Origin: Candidatus Cloacimonadota bacterium
GTDB lineage: Bacteria; Cloacimonadota; Cloacimonadia; Cloacimonadales; WRIO01
DNA: 12,847 nucleotides
Direction of reading: 5' to 3'
Assembly (NCBI GenBank): GCA_029564175.1
Contig: JAKQQL010000354.1
Coordinates: 1-12,847, forward strand
This document shows, in pieces, positions 1-9,400 of this stretch; positions within the stretch are counted from its first letter, which is position 1; each line of letters starts with the position of its first letter. The position numbers and the translations under genes are program-made. The notes beneath the pieces are model-generated. The model saw nothing but the letters and a program-made list of their open reading frames with translations. It did not search any database and was not told the DNA's origin.

Positions 1-15
1 AAATGAATTTTTCAT
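1..15 (-). CDS. 5' end of a leftward gene running out of the window (MKNSF...), product unknown
   Basis: Minus strand reads AAGGAG (30-25), 9-nt spacer, ATG AAA AAT TCA TTT; a sigma70-like promoter lies just upstream. Confidence 0.7.
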
Positions 16-55
16 TTATTGAGTCTCCTTTTTGTTTTGTTTAACTTCTAATACA

Positions 56-83
56 ACAATAACTTAAGGAGACTTTTTGTCAA
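56..83 (-). promoter_or_regulatory. sigma70-type promoter for the leftward edge gene
   Basis: Minus strand TTGACA (83-78), 16-nt spacer, TATTGT (61-56). Confidence 0.55.
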
Positions 84-135
84 ACTTTATTTTTGCTATC
101 TTACTATTTTTTAATCAGTTATACAACTCGGAAAC

Positions 136-2859
136 ATGAGATCTAATGATTTTGATCAGGAATCGCTCAACCTTAACTGGTCTTATCAGACCTTTGACTA
201 TTTGGATGCGATTCATAACACACCGTTGAATGCCCGTGCTTATCCTTCTTTTGCCGTCAAAGATAATAAAGTGGTCATTGGGGGTTTTGTTCGTGCTGAT
301 GAAGGGATTACTGATTCAACAGGTGCTCTGCTATATCCTGCTCATAATACCTTTTTTCTTGTGAATGATAATTATGGAACTGGATCCTTTAATACTTATA
401 TTGAGAATACCAATCGCAATGTTGAACCTCCAGTTAATGAGGATGGCAGTATATATCCTGCTGGTTATTCAGATTTTAGAATAGAAGACTCACATTCCAG
501 CAATAGAGAACTGGTCTTTGATAATAATAACCGTGTCCATTTTACAGGTACTTATGTGTGTACTTTTGATGATGGCAGTGGTCTTGATCAGAGGAAATAC
601 TGGCCTCTTACAAGCTATGTAAAAGATATCAGGTTTGATTTGGACACACATCAGTTTTATGTAAGCGATGTATGGCCAAAAGGAGATTTACCTGATGATG
701 GATTATTGACCATACCCTGGGATTTTGATGAGAATGGTCTTCCAGATTACTATAATAATAGTACCTGGGTTTTTTCTCATGAACAATATCCTTATCCTTA
801 TCACTCTCCGGATGATGCTTTTCATTATAATTATTCTCACCAGACAAAAGCCAATCAGAATGGTTGGATGGCAATGATTTGGAGTGACACTTATAAAGCA
901 TATCAATATCATGAAAATGCAAACGATAATTTTCAAGCTTTTGCCAGTGCACCTGAGGTTTATATATGTTTTTCCAAAGATAATGGTAACTCATGGAGTG
1001 GACCTTTAATCTTTAATGCTGTAGCAGAGGATATCAATTATCAACCTGTCTTCCATAATATGATTCCTACATGGTTTTATCTGGCACCAGAAATTGACAT
1101 CATAGATAATGACTGGGGGAAAATTCATCTTCTGTTTATGAAAGATAATTCGTACGGTTCATATATACAAGGAGATGGGGAGAATACCGGTGGCAGATTG
1201 ATGTATGCGTCAATAAAAGTAAAATTTTCTGAGATAGCTGGAACAAATCCTCCAGAAAGGCATTTTGTACCCGTTTGGAATGGAAATAGATATGAAAATA
1301 TGAATATAATTGTTAACTCTGCATGGATTGATAATATTTCAATTGAAGAAGGGGATGAAATAGGGATTTTTGATGGTCAGTATTGTGTGGGTGCATTAAA
1401 GAAAACGAGTGCTAATCTAAATACTTACTCAATCTATGCAGCCATGAACCATCCTCAGACAACTGCTATTGACGGTTTTACACCCGGTCATGAGATTACA
1501 TTTAAACTATGGAAACATGTAACAAATAGAGAGTTTGTCTGTGATCAAAATGAGGTCGTATATATCAGTGGAGACAGTGTTTTTACAGCTAATGGTCAAT
1601 GTCATGTAAATCTCAATATTGATTCATCATACAATCAATTGATTAATCTGAAAAATGGTTGGAATCTTGTTTCCTTTAATAATCAAAGCAATAACATGAC
1701 AATCCCTGATATATTTTCTGATTTGATACAAGAGAATCATTTAATGTGTGTAATGGATGAAAATGATCAAAGCTATGAGTACCAGAGTAATGTTTCTCAA
1801 TGGGTAAATCAAATAGGTGCTTATTCTATGGAAGAGGCTTATTATGTGAAAGTCAATGATGATTGCCAGCTCAATCATCAGGGCTATTCAGTTACTTTAC
1901 CTCATATTCATTTTTTATCAAGTGGTTGGAATCTGATGTATTATCCTTATCCTTATTCTCAGTTTGCCATGCCTTTGTTGGGAAATGTGATTTACTATAA
2001 CAGACTAGTCAAAGTCATGAATGAAAAAGGTCAGACGATCGAAAACTTACCAGAAATCGGATGGGTTAATACCATTCAGAACTTTTATCCTGGAGAAGGT
2101 TACGCAATCAAATTGAATTCAGGTTTTAACTTTGTATATCCATATCAAAGAGCTGATGAAATACATTTACCCGTAAGTACAGCTGTGAGTACTGAAAGAA
2201 CAGAACATTTTATACCTGTCTGGACAGGTAATGGATTTAAACATCATAACTTTTACATTAAGGCAAATGACTTTTTGAATACAATATGTCAGCCTGGTGA
2301 TGAAATAGCCATTTTTGATGGCGAGAATTGTGTTGCTGCTAAAATGGTAAATGGAGGAGAAAGCTTTTATTCTCTGATTGCCAGCAGACAAGATGAAGAT
2401 TCAGAGATTGTAAACGGATTCATCCCAGGGCATCAATTTATTGTGAAGATTTTTAGAAATCAGCAGATAGATATGGCCTTTTCATGCGAAGTATTAAATG
2501 GGGCAACTGTATTTGAGTCCAGAGGTACTTCTTTTTTAACAATCAATAGTTTGAGTTCAGATGATCTGCTTCATTTACCAAAAATAACAGAGATTAAATC
2601 AATATATCCTAATCCTTTTAATCCATCGACAACGATTCAGTATAGCTTACATAAAAATGACAGAGTTAATATCAGCGTTTACAATGCGAAAGGGCAAAAG
2701 GTTACAACTCTGTTTTTTGGAATGCAGAATGCAGGTTATCATCAGATTAGCTGGCATGGTCAGGATATGAATCAGAATCATGTTTCTTCTGGCATTTACT
2801 TTGTTAAAATGACCAGTTCTGAAAAGCCAGTCACAAAGAAGATACTACTTTTAAAATAA
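136..2859 (+). CDS. T9SS type A/FlgD-Ig-like C-terminal sorting domain protein with Asp-box and internal domain repeats; N-terminus possibly truncated
   Basis: 907-aa ORF; C-terminus YPNPFNPSTTIQYSL...VYNAKGQKV...ISWHGQD...SSGIYFVKM...KKILLLK; Asp-box SKDNGNSW (973-996); DFDENGLPD Ca-binding-like motif (721-747); two HFxPVWxGN...GDEIxIFDG repeats and two GWNL repeats. Confidence 0.85.
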   Translation: MRSNDFDQESLNLNWSYQTFDYLDAIHNTPLNARAYPSFAVKDNKVVIGGFVRADEGITDSTGALLYPAHNTFFLVNDNYGTGSFNTYIENTNRNVEPPVNEDGSIYPAGYSDFRIEDSHSSNRELVFDNNNRVHFTGTYVCTFDDGSGLDQRKYWPLTSYVKDIRFDLDTHQFYVSDVWPKGDLPDDGLLTIPWDFDENGLPDYYNNSTWVFSHEQYPYPYHSPDDAFHYNYSHQTKANQNGWMAMIWSDTYKAYQYHENANDNFQAFASAPEVYICFSKDNGNSWSGPLIFNAVAEDINYQPVFHNMIPTWFYLAPEIDIIDNDWGKIHLLFMKDNSYGSYIQGDGENTGGRLMYASIKVKFSEIAGTNPPERHFVPVWNGNRYENMNIIVNSAWIDNISIEEGDEIGIFDGQYCVGALKKTSANLNTYSIYAAMNHPQTTAIDGFTPGHEITFKLWKHVTNREFVCDQNEVVYISGDSVFTANGQCHVNLNIDSSYNQLINLKNGWNLVSFNNQSNNMTIPDIFSDLIQENHLMCVMDENDQSYEYQSNVSQWVNQIGAYSMEEAYYVKVNDDCQLNHQGYSVTLPHIHFLSSGWNLMYYPYPYSQFAMPLLGNVIYYNRLVKVMNEKGQTIENLPEIGWVNTIQNFYPGEGYAIKLNSGFNFVYPYQRADEIHLPVSTAVSTERTEHFIPVWTGNGFKHHNFYIKANDFLNTICQPGDEIAIFDGENCVAAKMVNGGESFYSLIASRQDEDSEIVNGFIPGHQFIVKIFRNQQIDMAFSCEVLNGATVFESRGTSFLTINSLSSDDLLHLPKITEIKSIYPNPFNPSTTIQYSLHKNDRVNISVYNAKGQKVTTLFFGMQNAGYHQISWHGQDMNQNHVSSGIYFVKMTSSEKPVTKKILLLK

Positions 2860-2862
2860 TAT

Positions 2863-2904
2863 AGAAAAAGAGCCTGTTGTAAAAAACAGGCTCTATCTTT
2901 ATTT
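2863..2904. terminator. Bidirectional intrinsic terminator between convergent genes
   Basis: Perfect 10-bp stem AGAGCCTGTT (2869-2878) / AACAGGCTCT (2885-2894), 6-nt loop, A-tract on the left and T-rich tract on the right. Confidence 0.85.
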
Positions 2905-2912
2905 AAAAAGGC

Positions 2913-4157
2913 TTATCTGATTCTTGCTTTCATTGAAGTAAAGCGATCTTTATTGTAGAGGAGTTGAGCAGGGAATTTGTTTTTTGCAATAAATTTATCT
3001 ACCCATACCATTCTTTGCTGAATATTTTCTTTACGGTAATGCTGATTGTTTGATTCCATGGATGAGCGGTTTAAACGATTCAATAAGGAACTTAAAACTA
3101 CAGGATTGTAGCCGGCACGTGCTGTAAGCAACATACCCATTTCATCTGCTTCTTGTTCGTAGGCATCCAGACGACCTTTAATGATTGTCTCATACATTGA
3201 GAAAGCTTCGTCTTCCATTTCTTTTTCTGTAAGCGCAATCTCTTCGTCTTCAGTTGGCATTTCTTCATCCATTTCATCAAACATCTGATCAGCCATTACT
3301 TTGTTCTTACGCTTTTCCAACTCTTTCATCCCATGACTAAAAACCACATGAATAATCTCGTGTGCCAGAACAACAGCCAGCTCCGCTTCGTTGTCACATT
3401 GTTTTATCATTCCTTTAGTTACAAAAACATAGCCACCAGGGCAAGCATAAGCATTTGCTGCTTCAAGATTCAGAACAAAGAATTTAAACTCAATATCAGA
3501 AGCATTTGAAGCTTCTGCGATCTGATTACCCAAATGATTGATATACTGGTGCAATGCTTCATCTTTGTACAAACCCTGAGAAGCAATAGCTGAGGCAACG
3601 CCTAAACCAAATCCTTCTTCAGAGAATGAGAAATATTCGGAAGGTAGTTTTTTAGGGAAAACGACAGAGTTCTTAATTTTTTTAATATTCATCCCTTTGT
3701 AAGATTCTTTTTTAAACTGTTTGTAAGACCTTGCATCCATCTGATAAGTAGCAGCTAGTTCTACAAAAGAGACATCCCCTCTGAAAGTTTTGCTGAAACG
3801 TTCTCCAAATCCTTTTACTCCCGCAGAAACACCGTGTCTTGAACTGGTAACATCTGTTTTTTGTTTTGCCATCGCAGCAAATACATTGTTTTTTGGAGGT
3901 AATTTCTTTGTGGAAGACTCTGAGATATAGCCTGTTTTAGTTCCTGTTTGTACTTTAATCCATTGATCACTATCTGTATCATCTGTATCATTGTCAATTG
4001 TTGTTACTCTACTGCCTATAGGCAATTCAGCCAGCACTTTATGCCATGAACCCGGCCCTTCTCTCAGAACGCTTCTTTCTCTCTGAATAGTGAGTTCTGC
4101 AGCAAACATCAAGATGCACATTGAAAGCATCATGATTGTTAATCCTGTTTTCTTCAT
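2913..4157 (-). CDS. Secreted M48-family zinc metallopeptidase with N-terminal SH3b domain (414 aa)
   Basis: Start reassigned to ATG at 4157 (AAAGGAG RBS upstream, signal peptide MKKTGLTIMMLSMCILMFA); SH3b signature LREGPG...WIKVQ...TGYI; M48 motifs NAYACPGGYVFVTKG, ELAVVLAHEIIH (HEXXH at 3362-3348), EQEADEMG, AGYNP. Confidence 0.9.
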   Translation of the reverse strand: MKKTGLTIMMLSMCILMFAAELTIQRERSVLREGPGSWHKVLAELPIGSRVTTIDNDTDDTDSDQWIKVQTGTKTGYISESSTKKLPPKNNVFAAMAKQKTDVTSSRHGVSAGVKGFGERFSKTFRGDVSFVELAATYQMDARSYKQFKKESYKGMNIKKIKNSVVFPKKLPSEYFSFSEEGFGLGVASAIASQGLYKDEALHQYINHLGNQIAEASNASDIEFKFFVLNLEAANAYACPGGYVFVTKGMIKQCDNEAELAVVLAHEIIHVVFSHGMKELEKRKNKVMADQMFDEMDEEMPTEDEEIALTEKEMEDEAFSMYETIIKGRLDAYEQEADEMGMLLTARAGYNPVVLSSLLNRLNRSSMESNNQHYRKENIQQRMVWVDKFIAKNKFPAQLLYNKDRFTSMKARIR

Positions 4158-4199
4158 TTTCACTCCTTTAATCCATTGTTTCTCTAATTTATCTGTGTT

Positions 4200-4218
4200 C
4201 ACAAGCTGGTAGCTTGCA
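4200..4218 (-). repeat. Intercistronic REP-like hairpin
   Basis: CAAGCT (4202-4207) GGT AGCTTG (4211-4216); extends by two G-U pairs on the minus-strand transcript; flanked by TATCTGT direct repeats at 4190-4196 and 4224-4230. Confidence 0.4.
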
Positions 4219-4231
4219 TTCGCTATCTGTT

Positions 4232-6391
4232 TTATTTTACATTGAGTGTTAAAATTCCATCCCAGTCTTTCGGTGGATTTTCAAGTAAATAATCACAGCG
4301 TTCTGCCATTGTAGCAGAAGCAGTATCTTTTAAATCTGATTCAGAAAGTGTTTTAAACATTCGTTTTGCTTTTGAAAAATCGCCCATTCTGTAAACATTG
4401 AGTGCTTCAACGTAAGCACTAATCCATGTATATTTAGACTGATTATCAATAAAATCGATTAATTCAAAAATACGGGTAGGCTCTTTCTTGCCTTTGACTC
4501 TTAAATAGTCCAGTTCTCTGCAAACAAAATCATTTTTAACCAATGCATAAGTAGAATCGCTGATGATAATCTTGGTTTTAAAAATTTTGTTAACGCCTTC
4601 CAAACGGGCAGACAAGTTGACAGGATCACCGATAGCCGTGTAATCCATTCGTTTTTCTGAGCCGATGTTACCTGCAACGATCAGCCCTGAGTTAATTCCC
4701 AGGCGGGTATTGATATGGAAAAATCCGGAGGTAGTGGTGTTTTGTTTATTGAGCTCTTCAGCAAATTGTTTATGCAGGATGGCAGAACGGCAAGCCAGAT
4801 ACGCATGATCTTTTCTTGGTACTGGTGCGCCAAAGATTGCCATCAATCCATCACCAGTGTATTTATCCAGTAATCCGTTATTTTCAAGAATGGTGTTGGT
4901 GATATAGTTAAAATATTCATTAAGGTCTTTGACTAGTTCTTTTGGATGTTTGCCTTCTGAATAGGTGGTAAAGTTGTAGATATCAGAAAACATAACAGTT
5001 GCTTCTATTTCTTCTCCGCCCATTTCAATCAGATCTGGATTTTTAATCAGTGTTTCGATAATATCTGGATGCAGATAGCGGGTAAAGATTCGTCTGATTT
5101 CTTTCTTAGATTTGCCTTCCATCAGGTAAGCGATAAAGACAATCAGCAGATAAGAGAGCAGTATCGCAATGACAGGGAGGATTAAATTGAAATAAATACG
5201 AAATCTCCACAGCCATGAAATGCCAAGAATAGTTGCAACAAGTATAAACATAATAAATAGATTGCTGTAAGAGCCTTTGAAATGGGTAAAACTGAACATC
5301 ACTAAAAATGAAAGCAGTACAAGAACAATTAACAAAAAAATATTGGGTATATAGCGAATATGGTGATTATTTAAAAGATTACTCAGGATTGTTGCCCATA
5401 TCTCCATACCAGGCATCATTTTTGTGTAAGGGCTTGTTTTTAAATCCATCAAGCCATCGGCAGTTGCCCCGATAATGACATATTTATCCTTGAAAAAGCC
5501 TGCTGATAAAGTGGGCTCACCTCCATATTCCAATGCGGTTGCTGTCTGAATCAGACTTTTAAAGGGAATGTATCTAAATACACCTTCTATCCCACCTTTT
5601 CCATACCAGTTGATCAGATAATTATCTTTTTGATCCAGCTGAATCAATTGAGTATCAAGAAGAATCTGGTGTTTGTTATAACTAAAATGCTTAAACTGTT
5701 TTTCGTTATAATATACAGAGAAACTCATTTGGGGGAGGTAAAGCTGGTTTAGCTGATAAAATAAAGGAACTCTGCGAATAACCCCATCATCATCAGGGAT
5801 AATATTGATTCCCCCTAACATAGATACCTGTGATCTGAATGGCTCAATAGGAAACTGAGCGCCTACGACATTTGCCCGATAATCTTTTAAACGGCCTTTA
5901 ACAGGCAATGAAAAACGTTTAATATCAGGAGGAACCTCCAGACTGTCCAGTCCATATTGAACACCTAAGACCACTTTGTTATATCCTGATAAAGCTTCAG
6001 CAAAAGACAGGTCACTTTCTTCTGAGCTGATATTTGCCCGATCGTAGTCTGGCTCATAAAACTGAATATCATAGAGTATCGCTTTTGCATTCTCTTTTGC
6101 CAGATAGTTAGTTACAAATGCATAAAAATCTCTTGACCAAGGCCATTGAACACCATTTTCTTTGGCAAATTTCAAACTGCTGTTGTCAATTGAAACTAAA
6201 ACAATTGACGTGTCAGCAATACCATCAAGAGGGAATTCTTTAAATCTTAAGTCCAGAGAATAGCTTTCTACTTGTCTTAAAAGAGAGAAGTATTGCAATG
6301 AAAAGGTCAGGCAAGCGATAACAGCTGCGAATATCAATAAAATATACCATTTTTTAAAATTTTTCATTAACTTATCAACGTATTTTATCAT
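4232..6391 (-). CDS. CHASE2-domain class III adenylate cyclase with C-terminal TPR-like tail
   Basis: N-terminal TM; CHASE2 motifs IVLVSID, WPWSR, DDDGVIRRVP, KDKYVIIGA, PGMEIWA; three TMs; cyclase motifs FSDIYNFT (D470), DKYTGD (K510, D514), DYTAIGDPVNLSARLE (T585, N592, R596); tail PPKDWDG; RBS GAGGG at 6400-6396. Confidence 0.95.
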   Translation of the reverse strand: MIKYVDKLMKNFKKWYILLIFAAVIACLTFSLQYFSLLRQVESYSLDLRFKEFPLDGIADTSIVLVSIDNSSLKFAKENGVQWPWSRDFYAFVTNYLAKENAKAILYDIQFYEPDYDRANISSEESDLSFAEALSGYNKVVLGVQYGLDSLEVPPDIKRFSLPVKGRLKDYRANVVGAQFPIEPFRSQVSMLGGINIIPDDDGVIRRVPLFYQLNQLYLPQMSFSVYYNEKQFKHFSYNKHQILLDTQLIQLDQKDNYLINWYGKGGIEGVFRYIPFKSLIQTATALEYGGEPTLSAGFFKDKYVIIGATADGLMDLKTSPYTKMMPGMEIWATILSNLLNNHHIRYIPNIFLLIVLVLLSFLVMFSFTHFKGSYSNLFIMFILVATILGISWLWRFRIYFNLILPVIAILLSYLLIVFIAYLMEGKSKKEIRRIFTRYLHPDIIETLIKNPDLIEMGGEEIEATVMFSDIYNFTTYSEGKHPKELVKDLNEYFNYITNTILENNGLLDKYTGDGLMAIFGAPVPRKDHAYLACRSAILHKQFAEELNKQNTTTSGFFHINTRLGINSGLIVAGNIGSEKRMDYTAIGDPVNLSARLEGVNKIFKTKIIISDSTYALVKNDFVCRELDYLRVKGKKEPTRIFELIDFIDNQSKYTWISAYVEALNVYRMGDFSKAKRMFKTLSESDLKDTASATMAERCDYLLENPPKDWDGILTLNVK

Positions 6392-6404
6392 GAATCCCTC
6401 AATC

Positions 6405-9400
6405 TTATGTGGTGATATAATCTCTCAAAAACAATAACATCTGCTTTTTCGTTTCTTCAAAGACGATAAACATAATCTCATACAATGTCAGCAAATCTTC
6501 TTTACTTTCTCTGTTTTTGACGGAGAAATTAAGCTGTTCTGTCACTTTGAAAAGTCTGTTTGCTCTGACGTTACCGTTAAGACCTTTGAGTTTATGAACA
6601 ATTTCATCGAGATTTTTATAATCTTCTTCATTGATATATTTTTCTATTGTCATCAGATAATCTTCGCTGTTTTTGATATATTGAGCGATCAGCTCACTGG
6701 CGAAATCTTTATCTCCACCAATCAATTTAATAAATTCTTCTTCATCAAATAGAATATCGGCAAGATCATTACGTTTCTTTACTTCTGGTTGTGAGACCGG
6801 TTTTACCCGGACTTCCTGTTTGTTAAAGAATTGGCTTAACAATGCATCAATCTGGTCAATACGGTAAGGTTTTGATAAAATACTGTCAAACAACTTTGAA
6901 TAATTATTTGTCGAATCTGTTACCAGAATATCAGCCGTGAGTGCTATAATTGGCGGGATTCGTTTGCCTTTTGCAGATTTGATGATACGGGTAGCTTCTA
7001 TACCATCCATCACAGGCATATGAATATCCATCAGAATCAGATCTGCATCATATTCATTAAAGAGTCTTACTGCTTCTTCTCCGTTTATCGCTTCCAGACA
7101 TTTGAAGCCCATATCATCTAAAATGGTAGTAATGACTGTCATATTGATAGAATCATCTTCAGCTACAAGAATTACTTTACTGTCATAAGAACTTTCCTCA
7201 GGCATGGTATCTTCCACAAACTGAATATCAATACTATGCTGACTGATGTTATTCAGCAGCTCATAAAGATCATCCATCAGAACAGGTTTTGTTAGGAATT
7301 TTCTGACGCCTATTTCCTGAGCATTTAGTCTGACTTCATCCATATCATTAGACGTTAACATGATTACAAATAATGATTTGCCTGGGAATTTTTCATTAAT
7401 GGTCTTTACTGCATCAATGCCATTCATTTTTGGCATCATGTAATCCATCAGAATCAAATCAAAGTTTTCATTTTCCAGTAAACTGAGTGCCTGAAAAGCA
7501 TCCTTAGCTACTGCAGATTGAATATTCCAGTATTTTAAAATCTCTTCCAGTATAATGGTATTAGTGCTGTTATCGTCAACAATCAGTATTTTGGATACTT
7601 TATCAATGACAGGTCTGACATCTGTGTCATTTATGAGTCTTTCAAATGGGAAGGTAAATATAAATTCACTCCCTTCACCCACAACACTGTTGAAAGTGAT
7701 CTCGCCTTTGAGTAAGTCGCTGAGTTGCCTTGCTATGGATAAGCCCAATCCGGTACCTCCATATTTTCGGGTCGTGGAAATGTCTGCCTGAGTGAAACTC
7801 TCAAATATCTTTTCCTGCATATCAGGAGCGATACCAATGCCAGAATCTTTCACAGAGATTTGAATTAAATTCTCTTCTTTTAAAATGGCCGTAAAAATAA
7901 TCTCTCCTTTATCGGTAAATTTAATCGCATTACTGAGGAAATTAATCAGTATCTGATTCACTCTCAATGGGTCAGAGATGATCATTTGGGGAATATCATT
8001 GGAAATTCTGCAAAATAAGTCCAAATGTTTTTCATTTACTTTGTGACTGATCAGACGAATAGAATTTTGAATGATTTGGCGTAGATTGAATGGTTCATGT
8101 ATCAGAGTCAGTTTTCCAGCTTCAATTTTTGAGAAATCAAGAATATCATTAATGATATTGAGCAGATTAAAAGTGGATTGTTGAATCTGAGACAAATAGC
8201 TTCTTTGGATTTGAGTCAGGCGGGTTGTTAATACTAAGTCAGTTAATCCGACAATTCCATTCATAGGAGTTCTGATTTCATGGCTCATCATGGCGAGGAA
8301 CTGGCTTTTGGCTTTATTAGCCATTTCAGCATTATCTTTTGCTTTGATCAGTTCTGATTCGTAGATACTTCTTTCTGTTACATCATTCGCTGAACATATC
8401 AGAAATTCGATTTGATTATATTCATCCATTTTCGGTATAAGAGAGACTTCCAGATTTCGAAGTTGCTTATCCTTGTTGTCTAATTTTATTTCAAAGCGTA
8501 CGGGTTTTAGTGTGTCTTTTACTTCTATGATTTTTTCTCTGATAATCTCTAATATTTCTGGAAGCAAGACCTTGCTGATCGCGAGATTTTCAATATCTTT
8601 TTTTTCATAACCCAGAAAATCAGCTAATACTTTATTCACCATACCAATGGTTTCATCTGTTTTTAAATATCCAATCAAGGTGTCAATATTATCCAGTAAA
8701 ATTGTCAGTTCGTCCTGCTTTTCTTTCAATTCCAGTGTACGAATATTGACTAAATCTTCTGATTTTTGATTAGCGTTTTGTAAATAATAAAACAGCATGG
8801 TCAGTAATGAAGTCAAAACTAAACTGAGAATGAGAAACAACCAGGGGAGATTAACTTTATAAAACTTATAGAACTCCTCTGATGGCTTGGTAACCATGGC
8901 AATGGTTCTGCCGTTAAAAAAGATAGGTTCAATCCACATCAGCTGACGCTGATAAATATCCATGTTGTTAATATTAGGGAAAATAATATCTTCTGCAGAA
9001 TAATTGATATGACCTACCAGTTGGTTTCCTTTAAAATCCAGATCAACCAGTTTGCATTTAACAAAATAGTTATTGGATTTAACTTCTGAATTAAAATGTT
9101 GAATATGGGCATGTAAATCCAATTCCATCGCTAAATAATCAGTTGTTGTTTTATTTTTATTTTTAAATGGACTTACAATTAGGTAATTCGCCCAGTTTTT
9201 TGTAGAATAGAATGAACTGAAAGGTTGAGATGCCGTTATGAGACCAGTTTTGTTCGTCTCATTAATGGTTTGATTTAAAATAGGAAATTCATTTAAAGGC
9301 ATATTCTTGTAAATATTATTGTTACTTGTCTTGTAAAGGTCTCTGATATAATATTTCTCATTTTTCTTGTCGTTAGGTACCCAATAGACAGACTGAATTG

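Noticed and set aside
107..112. T6 tract as a phase-variation switch fusing the small ORF to the 907-aa ORF
   Set aside because: The required shift reads straight into TAA at 112-114, and the tract is short
629..2391. Antisense ORFs 629-994, 703-936 and 2167-2391
   Set aside because: Shadow ORFs inside a well-supported gene with no recognisable motifs
4158..4202. 15-codon N-terminal extension of the peptidase (GTG at 4202)
   Set aside because: ATG at 4157 has a strong RBS and begins a typical signal peptide; the extension starts inside a hairpin
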